This document shows, piece after piece, positions 15,596 to 29,439 of a stretch of DNA of 64,000 nucleotides. Location of the stretch: contig OX597822.1 in NCBI GenBank assembly GCA_951406725.2, positions 68,262,001-68,326,000 on the forward strand, in the 5' to 3' direction. Each line of letters opens with the position of its first letter. The stretch's first letter is position 1. A model generated the notes under the pieces. That model ran no database searches. It was not told the origin of the DNA and was given only the letters and a program-made list of their open reading frames with translations. The translations under genes were made by a program, and so were the position numbers. The DNA is from Octopus vulgaris. Taxonomy: Eukaryota.

Positions 15596-15943
15596 AAGCC
15601 CCCATGTCGGTGCAGTCCTGATCAAAAGCTTTCCAGCTGTGATCATTCCAGCCCTTCTCATTTTTCCTTTTTTTTTATTTTCAGGATATTAAAATATGGT
15701 GAAACGACGAAAGACAAAAAGCAGGAATTGGCCAAAAATAAAAACAAAATAAAAAAGAAAGAAAAGGGGAAAAAATAGCAAAGGGTAAATTGTCGCATTG
15801 AATGGCTAGCATTTTTTTACGTTCTTTTCTTTACATTGCGAGTTCAAATCCCCGCTGGAGTCGACTTTTGCCTTTCGCCTCTCAGTGGTCAATATGTGAG
15901 AAATTATAATGTTTGTATAGATATATACATATATGCAAATATA

Positions 15944-16018
<75 letters not shown>

Positions 16019-16087
16019 CTGTTTATGAGTACGTGTATATAATGAATTCTAGATGGTTTCTCAGTACAATGCATACATGTATATACA

Positions 16088-16190
<103 letters not shown>

Positions 16191-16360
16191 ATGTATTATG
16201 TATATATGTATGTAAGTATGAATGTAAGTATGTATATGTCTGTATATGCATGTACATATGTATATGTCTGTCTGTCTGTATGTATGTATATGTCTGTATA
16301 TGCTTGTATATGAGGTCGGCCAAGAAATTTCTAACTGACCGTGTGTACTGGTTTTTACAG

Positions 16361-16381
16361 CGGGTTCTGAGGTTTGGAGAG
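16361..16381 (+). other. Candidate 21-nt frame-preserving micro-exon
   Basis: Branch-like TTCTAAC at 16329-16335, acceptor GTTTTTACAG|, exon CGGGTTCTGAGGTTTGGAGAG and donor |GTATGA, in an ~80-bp unique island between microsatellites. Confidence 0.4.
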
Positions 16382-16392
16382 GTATGATGGCA

Positions 16393-16455
<63 letters not shown>

Positions 16456-16933
16456 AGGAGGTGGTGGTGGTGGTGGTGGTGGTTAAAAATCCCGGTAATG
16501 ATGATGATGATGATGATGAAGACGACGACGATGATCATCATCATCGTCATGATAATCATGATGATTATGATGAACATGATGTTAATGATGATGCGTTTAT
16601 GAGGATGATGATAATGACGAAGACGACGATGATGATCATGATTATAAACAGGAGTATGATCATGGTCATCATGATGATGATGTTGATGACGACGACAATA
16701 TCAGGATCATGATGGGAAGGAGGAAGAAAAGGATCGAAGAGGAAGAGGAGATATGATGGCGACGACGACGACGACTGTGATGATGATGATGATGATGATG
16801 ACGACGACGATGACGACGACGACGATAACGTCAACAGTGATGATGATGATGATGATGTCGACGATGATGACGACAATGATGATGATGATGACAACGATTA
16901 TGACGATGGTGATGATGATGCTGATGATGATGG

Positions 16934-16971
<38 letters not shown>

Positions 16972-18007
16972 GGGGCGTTGGTAGTGTAGGTAGGGACGTT
17001 GGTGGTAGCGTGGTGGTGCAGGTAGAAATACAGACACACCCTACAGGGCTGGATTTGATCTCATGTTTTAAGCAGACATCCTAATTCCGCCCACGCCCGC
17101 CCTCCCAGAATCGCTGTAATGAATTCTGGATGGTTTCTCAGTACAATGTGAAGAATGCATGTATATATGTGTATGTGTGTATGTGTGTGTGCGTGTGTGT
17201 GTATGTGTGTATGTGTGCATGTGTGTAGTGTGTGTGTAGTGTGTGTGTATGTGTGTGAGTATCTGTGTATGTATGTCTATGTGTGTGTGTGTATATGTGT
17301 GTGTATACAAGTGTATGTGTTTCTGTTTGAATACATGTGTATATGTGTGTACGTGTGTGTGTATACAAGTGTATGTGTGTGTGTTTGAATATAATACATG
17401 TGTATGTGTGTGTCTACGTTTTTCACTGAGTTTGAATTGCGTGTGTGTGTGTGTGTGTGAGTGTACACAAAGCTATGTATGCAACTTTAAGTGGAGCTGA
17501 AAATATACAAATATCATTCTCTTTGTATATGTGTGAGTGACATAATCTATATACGTCTTTACGTGTGTGTGTCTGTGTATATGTGATGCTTCTACATATG
17601 TGTTTATGAGTGCGTGTATATATCTGCATATGTCTTCATATGTGTATATGTGTGTATGTATAAGTGCGTTGGTATTGGGGATCAGTGCTTGGGTGTATAT
17701 CTCTAAATGCATGTGTGTTTATGTTCGTTCCCATTCAAGTGCGTGTGTAATATCTTGTGTGCACGTGTGTATCTCGTATATGTGTGTATGTATGTGATAC
17801 AGTGTGTGTGTGTATTTATATATATATATGTGTGTGTGTGTGTCTTAAAATGTGTCTATATACGTGTTCGTTCGTGCATCTGTATATCTCCTGTGTGTGT
17901 GTGTGTGTGTGTGTATGTGTGTGTGTGTGTGTGTGTGCGTGTGTGTGTGTGTATGTGTGTGTGTGTACTCACTGCACTTCCTACATATCCATAATATTTT
18001 GTGCGTA

Positions 18008-18288
18008 TAGAATAATCGCTCGATTATCGCGGGTATTACGTTCCAAGCCACCACCAACAAACCATCCCGCGATAGGTCCGCGAAGAAGAAACAGATTCGC
18101 GAAGTAGAAACAGTACTGTACTGAATATTTTTTTAGTATTATTTTTATCATTTGTCTATATTTATTTTATTATAAATGCAAAACAGCACCACGGAGGAGT
18201 CGACGTAAGCTTAAATAATAAGCCGCGATAGATGATACGCGATAGATGAACCGCGATGGGTGAACCGCGATATGGCGAGGGATTACTG
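18008..18288. mobile_element. Tigger/pogo-like MITE (Tc1/mariner superfamily)
   Basis: Right TIR CCGCGATATGGCGAGGGATTACTG followed by TA, decayed left TIR AATAATCGCTCGATTATCGCGG. Homologous to 27176-27416. Confidence 0.8.
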
Positions 18289-18412
18289 TATATGTGCTTT
18301 GTGTGTGTATATGTGTGTGTGTGCATGTGTGTGCTTTGTGTGTGTGCATGTCTATAAATATCCTCATATATATGTGTGTGTATGTATATATATATTTATG
18401 TGTGTGTGTATG

Positions 18413-18462
<50 letters not shown>

Positions 18463-18465
18463 TAC

Positions 18466-18501
<36 letters not shown>

Positions 18502-19040
18502 ATGTAGGCGTTGATGTGTGTCCACCTGTGAGTGCGTTTACGATTAGGTCTTCCAATATACGTTTCTCTTCCTGCATGCGTGTGCATGTGTCCGCGCCTG
18601 CGTGTGCGCATGTGTGGCTATGTGAGAGAGCGCGCACATGTGTGTGTATGTGCGTGTGCATTTAAGACAGAGTGTACAAGCATGTACAGCTAATTATCTG
18701 TCTGTGTGTGTCCCATTCTATGTATATATCTATGTGTTCAATATGTCGGTATATTTCAGACAATACGCAGCCGTACATGTGCGTAGATAAATGGAGGCTT
18801 GTTTGTGCGTCTCTACGAACGTTTGGCGGCCGCTCCGATTGTATATGTGTATATACACCAGTTCAGCAACATTTCTTGGTGTATGCGTTCGTTTGTGTTC
18901 ACCTATTTTACAATGTGTATATTCTCTTTAAGTATATACCGCAGTTTATATGCAAACATACATACAAATATATATTATATATATTTATAAATAATTTATA
19001 TACATACATACGTATCCGTATAAACATATATACATATATC

Positions 19041-19088
<48 letters not shown>

Positions 19089-20002
19089 TATATGCACACA
19101 TATACATATATATATATGTACATATACACACACACATATATACACACACACATACATATATATACATATATATATATATATATACGTACATGTGAATGGG
19201 CATGTTTTTGTGGTTGTGTGCGTGTACAGACGTGTGTGTGTGTGTGTGTGCGTGTGTGTTCTTGTGTTTTAATGTATGGGATATATGTATATATACATAC
19301 ATATATACATATATACATAGATATATATATAGAGATATATGGAGATATATATATACATATATATACACACATATATATATATACACATATACATACACAC
19401 GCGTATATAAGTAAACATACATACAGACACATACATACTCACACGTGTCATACACGTGCACACACACACACACATACACATTCACACGTGTCACACACAT
19501 CCACAATCGCACGTGTCTAAGTATGAGTGTGCATACGCATGTTTCTGTACCATGTGCACACCAGCACTCCCCTATATGTAAATATTCGAGGCATCTACAT
19601 ACGTACATGTGAACGGGCATGTTTTTGTGGTTGTGCGCATGTACGAACGTGTGTACGTGTATTTGCGTATGTTTGTGTGTTTGTTCACGTGTGTGTGTGT
19701 GTATGTGTATGTGTGTTCTTGTGTTTTAATGTATGGGACATTGATTATGGTTTTAATATAGAGCTATTCACAGATATTATTAACCATAAACATTTTTACC
19801 CCTACACACACACACCACGATTACCTCCCCTTCCCAATATCTCTATCTCCTCCCACTCGCTCCAACTTAATATCTCTCCCTACTACCCTACCTCAAGCGT
19901 GAAAATATCCCACACCCAGATACCTTTTTTATATTATTTACGTCCGACACTTCTATAGGAAACTCAGATAAGAAAAATAGCCACAGCAAAAACATTATAC
20001 TG

Positions 20003-20121
<119 letters not shown>

Positions 20122-20128
20122 GTATATA

Positions 20129-20174
<46 letters not shown>

Positions 20175-20389
20175 GTATTTTTGTATGAATACACATATAC
20201 ACATACATATATATATATACATATATATATATATATGTGTATTTATGTATGTATGTATGTATGTATATGTATGTGTATCGCATAATATACAATAAACCAA
20301 AACCGAGAGAAGAAAGATATTACACCATTATTTTATGCGCATGTAAGTATTTATATATGTATATATATATACATATATATATATACACA

Positions 20390-20475
<86 letters not shown>

Positions 20476-21205
20476 TGTATGTATATACACATATATATGC
20501 ATATATATGAGTGTGTGTTTATGTACATACACATATTCATGCACATACATATATATATATATATGTATATATAAGAATATGTGTATATATATACTTATAT
20601 GAGTGTGTGAGTGTGTGTGTGCGTGCATAGGTCTGTGCGTGTGTGTATGTGTGCGTGTGTGTGTGTGTGCGTTCGTGTGCGTGCGTTCGTGTGTGTGTGG
20701 TGATCCTTTGTTTTTATGTCTTCTCTTTCGTTGTTTTCTTGAGTAAGTTGAGATTTGTCAGGAATGTTAACTTAATGGCTGCAATCGGCGAACTTATTCC
20801 ATACAATATATAGCTGAAGAAACGAAGTTTATGTCAGCTTTTATTTCCAACATCTTCCCCCCCCCCCAAACCGGATCCACAAGCTCTGTCTAAGATACCA
20901 CTACCCGTTCCCATCGACGCTAGAGGGCGCTTTTTTCTCTCTGATGCACGGATAACTTTGCAGTGTTGTTTCTACTGAAGTAATATAGACATCTAAAATG
21001 GCTTCGTCTATACTTTTCACTGACGTGCGTTCTTTCTCGTACAGATGTGAGTGTGTATGTGTGCGTGTGTGTGCGCGCGTGTGTGTGTGAAGTATGTGTT
21101 GTGTGACTACACACAAATAGAGATACACGCGCACACATTACATAGATGTATGCATACTTACATACTTACAGACAGACAGACAGACAGACAGATAGACAGA
21201 CAGAC

Positions 21206-21290
<85 letters not shown>

Positions 21291-21379
21291 CACAGACAGG
21301 CAGGTGGACGGACGGACGGAAGGACAGACAGACAGACAGACGGATAGATGGATATAGAGATAGAGAGAGAGAGAGAGAG

Positions 21380-21472
21380 ATTTCTTTATTGGCCACGCAG
21401 GGCTAAACACAGAAGGGACAAAATACAAAGTAGAGCTTTTCTTTTGGGGAAGAGAAGGGGAAAAAGGAGGGT
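21380..21472 (-). mobile_element. Short 3' end of a Tx1/L1-like LINE family
   Basis: Reverse complement CCCAAAAGAAAAGCTCTACTTTGTATTTTGTCCCTTCTGTGTTTAGCCCTGCGTGGCCAATAAAGAAA matches 60874-60943. Confidence 0.75.
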
Positions 21473-21501
21473 GGCGAATTCAGATTGACGTTCAGATAGA
21501 C

Positions 21502-21591
<90 letters not shown>

Positions 21592-21830
21592 GCAGACAGA
21601 CAGACAGACAGACAGATAGTCAAATATATTAATATGCCTATACTTAACTATTTCTCTCTCCCTCGTTCTATCAATCTACTTCTACGTGTATGTGTGTTTG
21701 TTTCGCATATATGTGTGTATGTGTGTGCGTGTGTCCGTGTGTGTATGTATTCATGCAAGCGTTCACATATTCACACAACTCACTGACACGTAGGTTGTAC
21801 AATGTGTATGTGTGTGTCTGTCTGTGTGTA

Positions 21831-21887
<57 letters not shown>

Positions 21888-22132
21888 CTACGTGCGTATA
21901 TTTTCTTTGTATTTGCTTGTGTCCATCCGTCTGCAGCACCACCACCACCACCACTACCACCACTCAACTGACTTTCTCACCCATACGACCTCAACAAATA
22001 TCAAATACAAATAACAAACTATAAAAGAATAATATAAAAGTGTCGAACAATAACGTAAATAACAAACGTAAAAGACATACATAACAGTCATCATTATTTA
22101 TGTAATATTTACTAACTCTATGACTTATGATG

Positions 22133-22241
<109 letters not shown>

Positions 22242-22375
22242 CATTTATTTGCCACAAGGGCGAAGGATGAGGGGGACAATACAGAGACAGACATAAAGTG
22301 TGGGGGGTTTGTATATAATAATGAAATGATAAAAACTGGGGAGTAAGTATACACGGTATACACTGAAAAAGAAAG

Positions 22376-22604
22376 TGGTGAGCTGGCCGAATCGTTAACA
22401 CGCCGGACGAAATTCTTGGCTGTATTTCGTCTGCCGTTACGTTCTGAGTTCAAATTCCGCCGAGGTCGACTTTGCCTTTCATCCTCTCGTGGTCGATAAA
22501 TCAAGTACCAGTTACGCACTGGTGTCGATGTAATCGACTTAATCCGTTTGTTTGTCCTTGTTTGTCCTCTCTGTGTTTAGCCCCTTGTGGGTAGTAAAGA
22601 AATA
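22376..22604 (+). mobile_element. SINE family B with a 20-21 bp target-site duplication
   Basis: GGTATACACTGAAAAAGAAAG at 22355-22375 and 22605-22625. Confidence 0.93.
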
Positions 22605-22877
22605 GGTATACACTGAAAAAGAAAGGACATACGCATGGCATACAAAGGTGAAGAAAAATGGCGGGGAGGATGATATAGATTTTGCCCTCCTGATACAGGA
22701 AGGCCTCTAGGGATAATCGAAGAACCCTAGTCTCCGAGATTTTCCTGGGACCCTAGGAGTAAGTGCCCTCTCTAATTCCTTCTCTCCGACTCACAGGTCA
22801 ACATTTAGAGAGGTACCATCCACTCTTGCCATTTTTCCAACTTTCACCTATCTTACAATAAACTCACTCGGTTAGAT

Positions 22878-23033
22878 CAACCCCAGTACGAAACTGGTAC
22901 TTAATTTATCGACCCCGAAAGGATGAAAGGCAAAGTCGACCTCGGCGGAATTTGAACTCAGAATGTAAAGACAAGAGAAATACCACTAAACATTTCGCCT
23001 GGTGTGCTAACGTTTCTGCCAGCTCGCCACCTT
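22878..23033 (-). mobile_element. SINE family B
   Basis: Reverse complement of head, B-box and core. Confidence 0.88.
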
Positions 23034-24629
23034 ACCACTTCTCCTTTAATATCTCCATCCCACTTTTCTTCTTCGAGCGGAAGTTGAAAGAGCCGATGAA
23101 CGTTTAGCTGAAGAGGAAATTGTCTATTTCAGTTCCGCTATATGATGACTATAAGAATAACCATTTCTTTAATTTGCTTCAAGTGTAGGACAACAATATA
23201 ATCACTAACGATGACATGAATAAAAACGCGTTCAAATTTGGAGACAACCGTCTAAAGTTAACCAAGGAGATCCACAAGTACCTTAGCAGCCACAGTACCC
23301 CGAACAATTATCCCGCGAACTGTATTCCCCAGCCTAATAGTGAACACTGAGACTAAGCTTTTTCAATCAGGTTATGCCAGTCCCATCCACCTTTTGGCAA
23401 ACAACTGGAGGTTAACATTTTCCTTTCAACGCTCATCTTTTTCTCGAATTAGAACTTGAAGAATTCATGAGTGAACTGTTAAGATGTTTCTGGAAGTAGT
23501 CCAAAGTACTCCAGAGGAGGCACTCATCACCACCACTAACTCTCTATAAAATGCAGGAGTTCACGTCCAACCAACCGCATTGCCCGGCTGGTAGTAGATC
23601 GTCAGCACCTGACAATATTCTAGATGCCAGGTGCTTAATTTCTATCTTTGTTTCCGCCAGATCGACAGGTTCATCAAACAGACGTGTACGAAAACATGCC
23701 TCACAAAAGGCTACTACACCTGCTGCCTCTTCACAATTTAGGAATGAGTGGAAACACTACACTCTCATTCATACAAGCATATTTTCAGCCAGGCAGAGGG
23801 TACTGGCAGTAGAGAGACCAACTGACCAGAGGAATGCTTCACTTCCACAGAAAGTGAAAAGCATACATTCCAACTTGACAGCAAATCATAACATAGGTGA
23901 TGTAAGCATTCCCCATTTTTACCTAACATTTTGAGGAAGTTTCCTTTCAGCCCGTGTCTACCATACTCGTAACTTCATTTCAGTTCCTAGTCATCTGGAG
24001 TTCCAACCTAAACCAGACCAAAAGTAGTTTAAGAAGGACCATTGGTTCAGTGACAGGTTGATCGGAGAGAACTTGCTTTACCAAGCACAGACTAGTTTTG
24101 GTCGAGACCATCTCACTGCTATGTTGTATTCAATACAGTGCAGACTACTTCGATTTCTGTGGTGCCTGATATCATTATGGTATCAGACATCACAGTTTAT
24201 TTTTGCCGAGTATATCAATCGTTTCTGGTAACTGGACATGCCGCGAACACCAGAAACCAAATAGTTTAATTTTCAAAGCGGGAATATTGTTGAACAGTCT
24301 GAGGATAGATTTAGCCAGCTTAAGATTGCACAAAACCTTGGAATTCCTCTTGCCACAGTCAACAGTAATTGTACAATATAAGTATACCAACAAAGGAAAT
24401 AAACCAACAGCGTCCCGCTCAGATCAATCTGGACCTTCTGACAAGCGTCTTAAGGCTGCCAAGTGCATTGTTGAAAATAAGGCGATTCATGTTGCAGAGT
24501 AGCTTCACAATCAACATATTTCTGCTAGGGATCTCCATCAACTTGTTTACTACAGTAAACCAGCTTAAAAGGATCCTCTTCTTCGACCAGCAAATATCCA
24601 AAGAGACGCTTGCTTGCATGCATACACAC

Positions 24630-25040
24630 ATGGTAAGAAGTTTTCTTCTCAACCACATGGTTCAAGGTTCAATCCCACTGCGTGGCACCTTGGGCAACTG
24701 TCTTCTACTTTAGCCTTGGACCGAACAAAGCCTAGTGAGGGGATTTGGTAGACGGAAACTGAAAGAAGCCTATCATATATATGTGTGTGCGTGTGTGTCT
24801 GTGTGTTTGTGTCTGTGTGTGTCTGTGTGTCTGCGTCTGTGTTTGTCCACTGCCACCTCTTAACAACTGGTGTTGGTGTGTTAATGTTCCCATAACTTAG
24901 CGATTCAACAAAAGACCGATATAATAAGTACTAGACTTTTAAAAAGTACTGTGGTCAATTTATCCGACTAAAAATTCTTGAAAGCGGTGCCCCAGCATGG
25001 CCGCAGTCTAATGACTAAAACATGTAAAAGATAAAAGAAA
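24630..25040 (+). mobile_element. SINE family A, diverged
   Basis: Collinear with 93-501, including the tail. Confidence 0.88.
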
Positions 25041-25069
25041 AAAGATATATGTACATAGATATATATAAA

Positions 25070-25107
<38 letters not shown>

Positions 25108-25495
25108 CATTATAAACTCCTTGCTCAATTCTAAATTTCTATAACTACAGTTCTGGTAGAATGAATCTGTAAAAAGAATAAATGGCAGAATTGATTAATT
25201 TTATTATATTTATTATATTATATTTGTTAATTTATATATTTATAACAAGATTAACAAAATAAGCAATAATAATAATTTCATTGATGAAAATAAAATCGAT
25301 ACTTCTAAATGTTTATTAGAAATAAATTCTAACAGTAATAGAAGTAAAATTATACAATTTTTGTATTTCAAACTTAACATTACATGAACACTAAATGCAC
25401 GAATCTTGATTTTGTGTTTCGCGTTTCTCTTCTAGATACCGCAGTCCATGTAAGTTCATTTTAATTTAGATAAAATCTGTTATTATTTCGTACAT

Positions 25496-25915
25496 AGGCG
25501 CAGGAGTGGCTGTGTGGTAAGTAGCTCGCTTACCCATGAGTCTTTGTTGTCAGTGTACGCATGCGTCATTGTGTTGTGCACTGTTGAAATGCAGTAGCTT
25601 GCTTACCAACCACATGGCTCCGGGTTCAGTCCCACATCGTGATCGACGATGAAAGTTGAAGGGCGGTAGTTGAACCCAAATACCAAAGAGAGTATTCAAT
25701 TTTGGTTTAAAATTTTGGCACCAGGCTAACAATTTCAGGGAGGGCATAAGTCCATTGCATTGACCTAAGTACTTGAGTGGTACTTATCTTATCGACCCTG
25801 AAAGAATCATAAGCAATGACAACCTCAGTGAAAAATCGAATCAGAACATTCAAACAGACGAAATGCCGCGAAACGTTTTGCCCGGCCTCCTAACGATTTT
25901 GCCAGCTTGTCGCCT
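25496..25915. mobile_element. SINE A head fragments (25496-25640, +) and a diverged SINE B (25700-25915, -)
   Basis: GGCGCAGGAGTGGCTGTGTGGTAAGTAGC; reverse-complemented B core at 25770-25850. Confidence 0.75.
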
Positions 25916-25929
25916 TAATACTAAGTATA

Positions 25930-26168
25930 AAAAATAACTGCGCCCTTTCAAAACCTAGCCAGGTTCATGGGCCCGGTTTCCCGGTTTCAATGGCGTATGT
26001 GTTCGTCAGCTGGGCGGGGCGCCAGTCCATCGGAGCGTTACTTATTTTTGCTAGCTAAGTGGACTGGAGCAAAGTGTTTTGCTCAAGAACACAACGCGTC
26101 GCCCGGTCCAGGAATCGAAACTACAATCATGATGCTGACACCCTAACCACTAAGCCACGCGCCTCCAC
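25930..26168 (-). mobile_element. tRNA-derived SINE family C with a 13-bp TSD
   Basis: Minus-strand A-box TGGCTTAGTGG, B-box GTTTCGATTCC and CORE-like TGTGTTCTTGAGCAAAACACTT. AATACTAAGTATA at 25917-25929 and 26169-26181. Confidence 0.9.
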
Positions 26169-26598
26169 AATACTAAGTATAGCAAGCTATTTAGTCCGTC
26201 TATCTTAGTACATATCTATACAGCAGTTGAATATGTGAGGATATATGTCTTTATATGTATCGCTCTGTTTGTGCTAAAGATTAAAACACACTTCGGGTTA
26301 CGGAACAATTTTGTTTCTGTTCTACCTTTAGAAGCATTCACTTCGTTCCAAGGATTCAGATCAGAACGTGTCCACGTTATTCCTAAAGCTAAACTCTAAG
26401 GGACCGCGACTTGTTCGCTGACAAAATTCCGTGCTGCATCTCTAGGGATAAACTCTGAGGATAATTTGGTATCTTGACTGATGAGAGGAACTTGCGAATG
26501 ATCCATGACCTGTCCTTGTTTTTTCCTGTCCGTCGTCGCATCGTCTATCTATCCGGATGTTTTATTGTCATCTGTTGTGTTCTTGTTCCATTTTTGTA

Positions 26599-26690
<92 letters not shown>

Positions 26691-26693
<3 letters not shown>

Positions 26694-27018
26694 GGTTTGG
26701 GCAAAATAATGGAAACACCTTAAAATTTCAAACAAATTTATTTTAATATGGGGTAGGACCGTCGTAATTACAGCTTGAATTCTATGGGGTTTGGACACGT
26801 ACTAAGTTTGAATTGTTTCCAAAGGAAAATCAAAACAATTTGACTTCTTTGAAAGTCATTTTAATGAATTTTAATTACCTTTTTCTAATGATATCTGAAA
26901 ACAAACAGCAATTTTAGCAAAACATATAAAGCAACACTAATAATAAATCAAAAAATAAAGAAGCTTTTATGATGCTATGATGCTATGATGCTAGGTGCTT
27001 GCATTATTTTGTCCAACC

Positions 27019-27021
<3 letters not shown>
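26691..27021. mobile_element. Tc1-like MITE inserted in a (TA)n array
   Basis: TIRs CAGGGTTTGGGCAAAATAATGGAAACACCT and AGGTGCTTGCATTATTTTGTCCAACCCTG; TA arrays on both flanks. Confidence 0.85.
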
Positions 27022-27103
<82 letters not shown>

Positions 27104-27175
27104 TGTATGTATAAATATAATAGCTGTATTGTTATTTCTTAAATAAAAGGAAAGATAATATAAATGATACAACCA

Positions 27176-27416
27176 CAGTAATCTCTCGACTATCGCGGGT
27201 GTTACGTTCCAAAACCTCCCACAGATATAATTAAAATCTAAATATAAATATATATAAATAAAAATGTAAATATAAATAAAAATATAAATACCTATCGGCT
27301 GCAGAAACCCGGACATACTGAGGAGTCTGCGATAAAAATTTACATATATTAGCCATAAAAATCCGCAATGTACTGAGTGCACGATAGGTGAACCGCGATA
27401 TGGCGAGGGATTACTG
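27176..27416. mobile_element. Tigger/pogo-like MITE
   Basis: TIRs CAGTAATCTCTCGACTATCGCGG and CCGCGATATGGCGAGGGATTACTG followed by TA. Confidence 0.85.
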
Positions 27417-27504
27417 TATAGCATGAATCGAAAGAAATCTCCACCTAAATAAGATATATACATTTGTGTATGTGTAAATAAATATCTATAGATAGATAAA
27501 TAGA

Positions 27505-27556
<52 letters not shown>

Positions 27557-27557
27557 C

Positions 27558-28190
27558 CATGATGGTCCTCTGGCGGACATTCGTCCTCAGCCGCCTGGAT
27601 TACTGCTCACAGCTATGGTCATCGACCAGTGTGAAATTAACACCGGATCTTGAAGCAATCCAGAGAAGATTCACAAAGAAGATCGTCTCTTTGCAACAGC
27701 TCAGCTACTGGGAAAGGTTGAAACAGCTAAGACTCTACTCCCTGGAGAGAAGACGGGAGAGGTATGCAGTAATATATATCTGGAAGATCCTGGAAGGAAT
27801 TGTGCCAAATTTTGGCATTGAAAGCTACACCAATGCCAGAAAGGGACGACACTGCATAGTGCCAAAGGTCCCAACAATGCCATCACGCTTCAGGACCAGT
27901 TACTGCAACAGCATGGGTTTCAAAGGCCCACACCTTTTTAATATTCTGCCAAAGAGTCTGAGGAAACTTGCACAAAGTAGATGTAGGGGTTTTTAAATCA
28001 AAGCTGGACCTCTTCCTGTCGAGAGTCCCAGATGAACCTATCTCACGGCGGCAAGAGGTGCAAATGAGGGTAGCTATATCAAACTCCATGCTTCACCAAG
28101 TGCCACATATTAGAGGAGGCTATTAGTAATAACAGTGTTGCCAAACGGTGGTGCATCAACATGGCTACAGCTCTGAGCTGAAACTGGAGG
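27558..28190 (+). mobile_element. 5'-truncated CR1-like LINE (ORF2 C-terminus plus 3' UTR)
   Basis: LSRLDYCSQLW..LEAIQRRFTK..LSYWERLKQLRLYSLERRRER..FNILP..FKSKLD is a typical CR1/L2-group thumb and C-terminal region. Confidence 0.9.
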
Positions 28191-28198
28191 GGAAAATG

Positions 28199-28228
<30 letters not shown>

Positions 28229-28229
<1 letters not shown>

Positions 28230-28391
28230 AGAAAGTTAAATCCCATTCAATGCATAGATACTGAACAGTTTATATATATATAAAGGATAAAATACTTTTT
28301 TTTTTCTGCTTTTAAAAAGAAAAAAAAAGGATTCTATCCTTTATATATATAATGTTCAGTATCTATGCGTTGAATGGAGTTTAACTTTCTA
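28229..28391. repeat. Foldback of ~70-bp inverted arms
   Basis: TAGAAAGTTAAATCCCATTCAATGCATAGATACTGAACA.. pairs with ..TGTTCAGTATCTATGCGTTGAATGGAGTTTAACTTTCTA. Confidence 0.88.
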
Positions 28392-28446
28392 TTTGTTCTA
28401 CAATGCGTTTCAACGCTTCGGGGGCGGACTTGTTTGTTTGCATGCG

Positions 28447-28515
<69 letters not shown>

Positions 28516-29078
28516 CACATACACACAGAAAGACAGACAGACAGACATATATATGGAACACAAGAGTGATTGTACGTCAGAGTGAGCGCAAACACCATTA
28601 AAACTTTGTAACAGAAGCTAAAACTTCACGATTGCTAGACTGAAGCGCGCCTTTCGGATCGTCACAAATTAGGAAAATTAACTATGAGTTTCCATTAAGA
28701 ATATTTCTTTTCTGATATAAAATATCAGAGTTTTTATACACAAAATTGACGAAAGTAGCTATTTTGGTAATAAACTGTTTCATAGTCAATAATTTTATAT
28801 TGAATATTGATAGGGGAAGCTCATATATATATATATTGTATTTTAAAATAAATATTTTTACGTTCAAGACCCATAAGACTTTTTTTGGTCAACCCATTAT
28901 GGAGACATATCAATCTTACTAAAAGTCAATTAGGTGCCATTACGTTTTTTTACTCGTATGATTTAGAATACTCTTGAGATGTCAGAAAACGCTTGAAAAT
29001 GAATTAATAAAATGATTCGATGTCAAAATTGCTACAAATTTAGTGTTGATGTATATAGTTAAATAACCATATAACAAT

Positions 29079-29180
<102 letters not shown>

Positions 29181-29303
29181 TGAAATTTAGATGTCACAGT
29201 CGATATTTTGCTGAAGAATATGTTGAGTAATTCATCAGATTAATGAAAAAATTGCTTTTAGTATAACTAAACATAAAAGCAAGCATTAACATATACATAC
29301 TAC

Positions 29304-29425
<122 letters not shown>

Positions 29426-29439
29426 ATATATACATATAT

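Noticed and set aside
15660-15790. Strong acceptor TTTTATTTTCAG followed by a Lys-rich reading
   Set aside because: It lies at the edge of a decayed repeat, the sequence is A-rich and low complexity, and there is no convincing donor.
23551-24713. Several plus-strand ORFs of 99-127 aa
   Set aside because: Antisense to the decayed Tx1-like ORF2 and partly running into a SINE.
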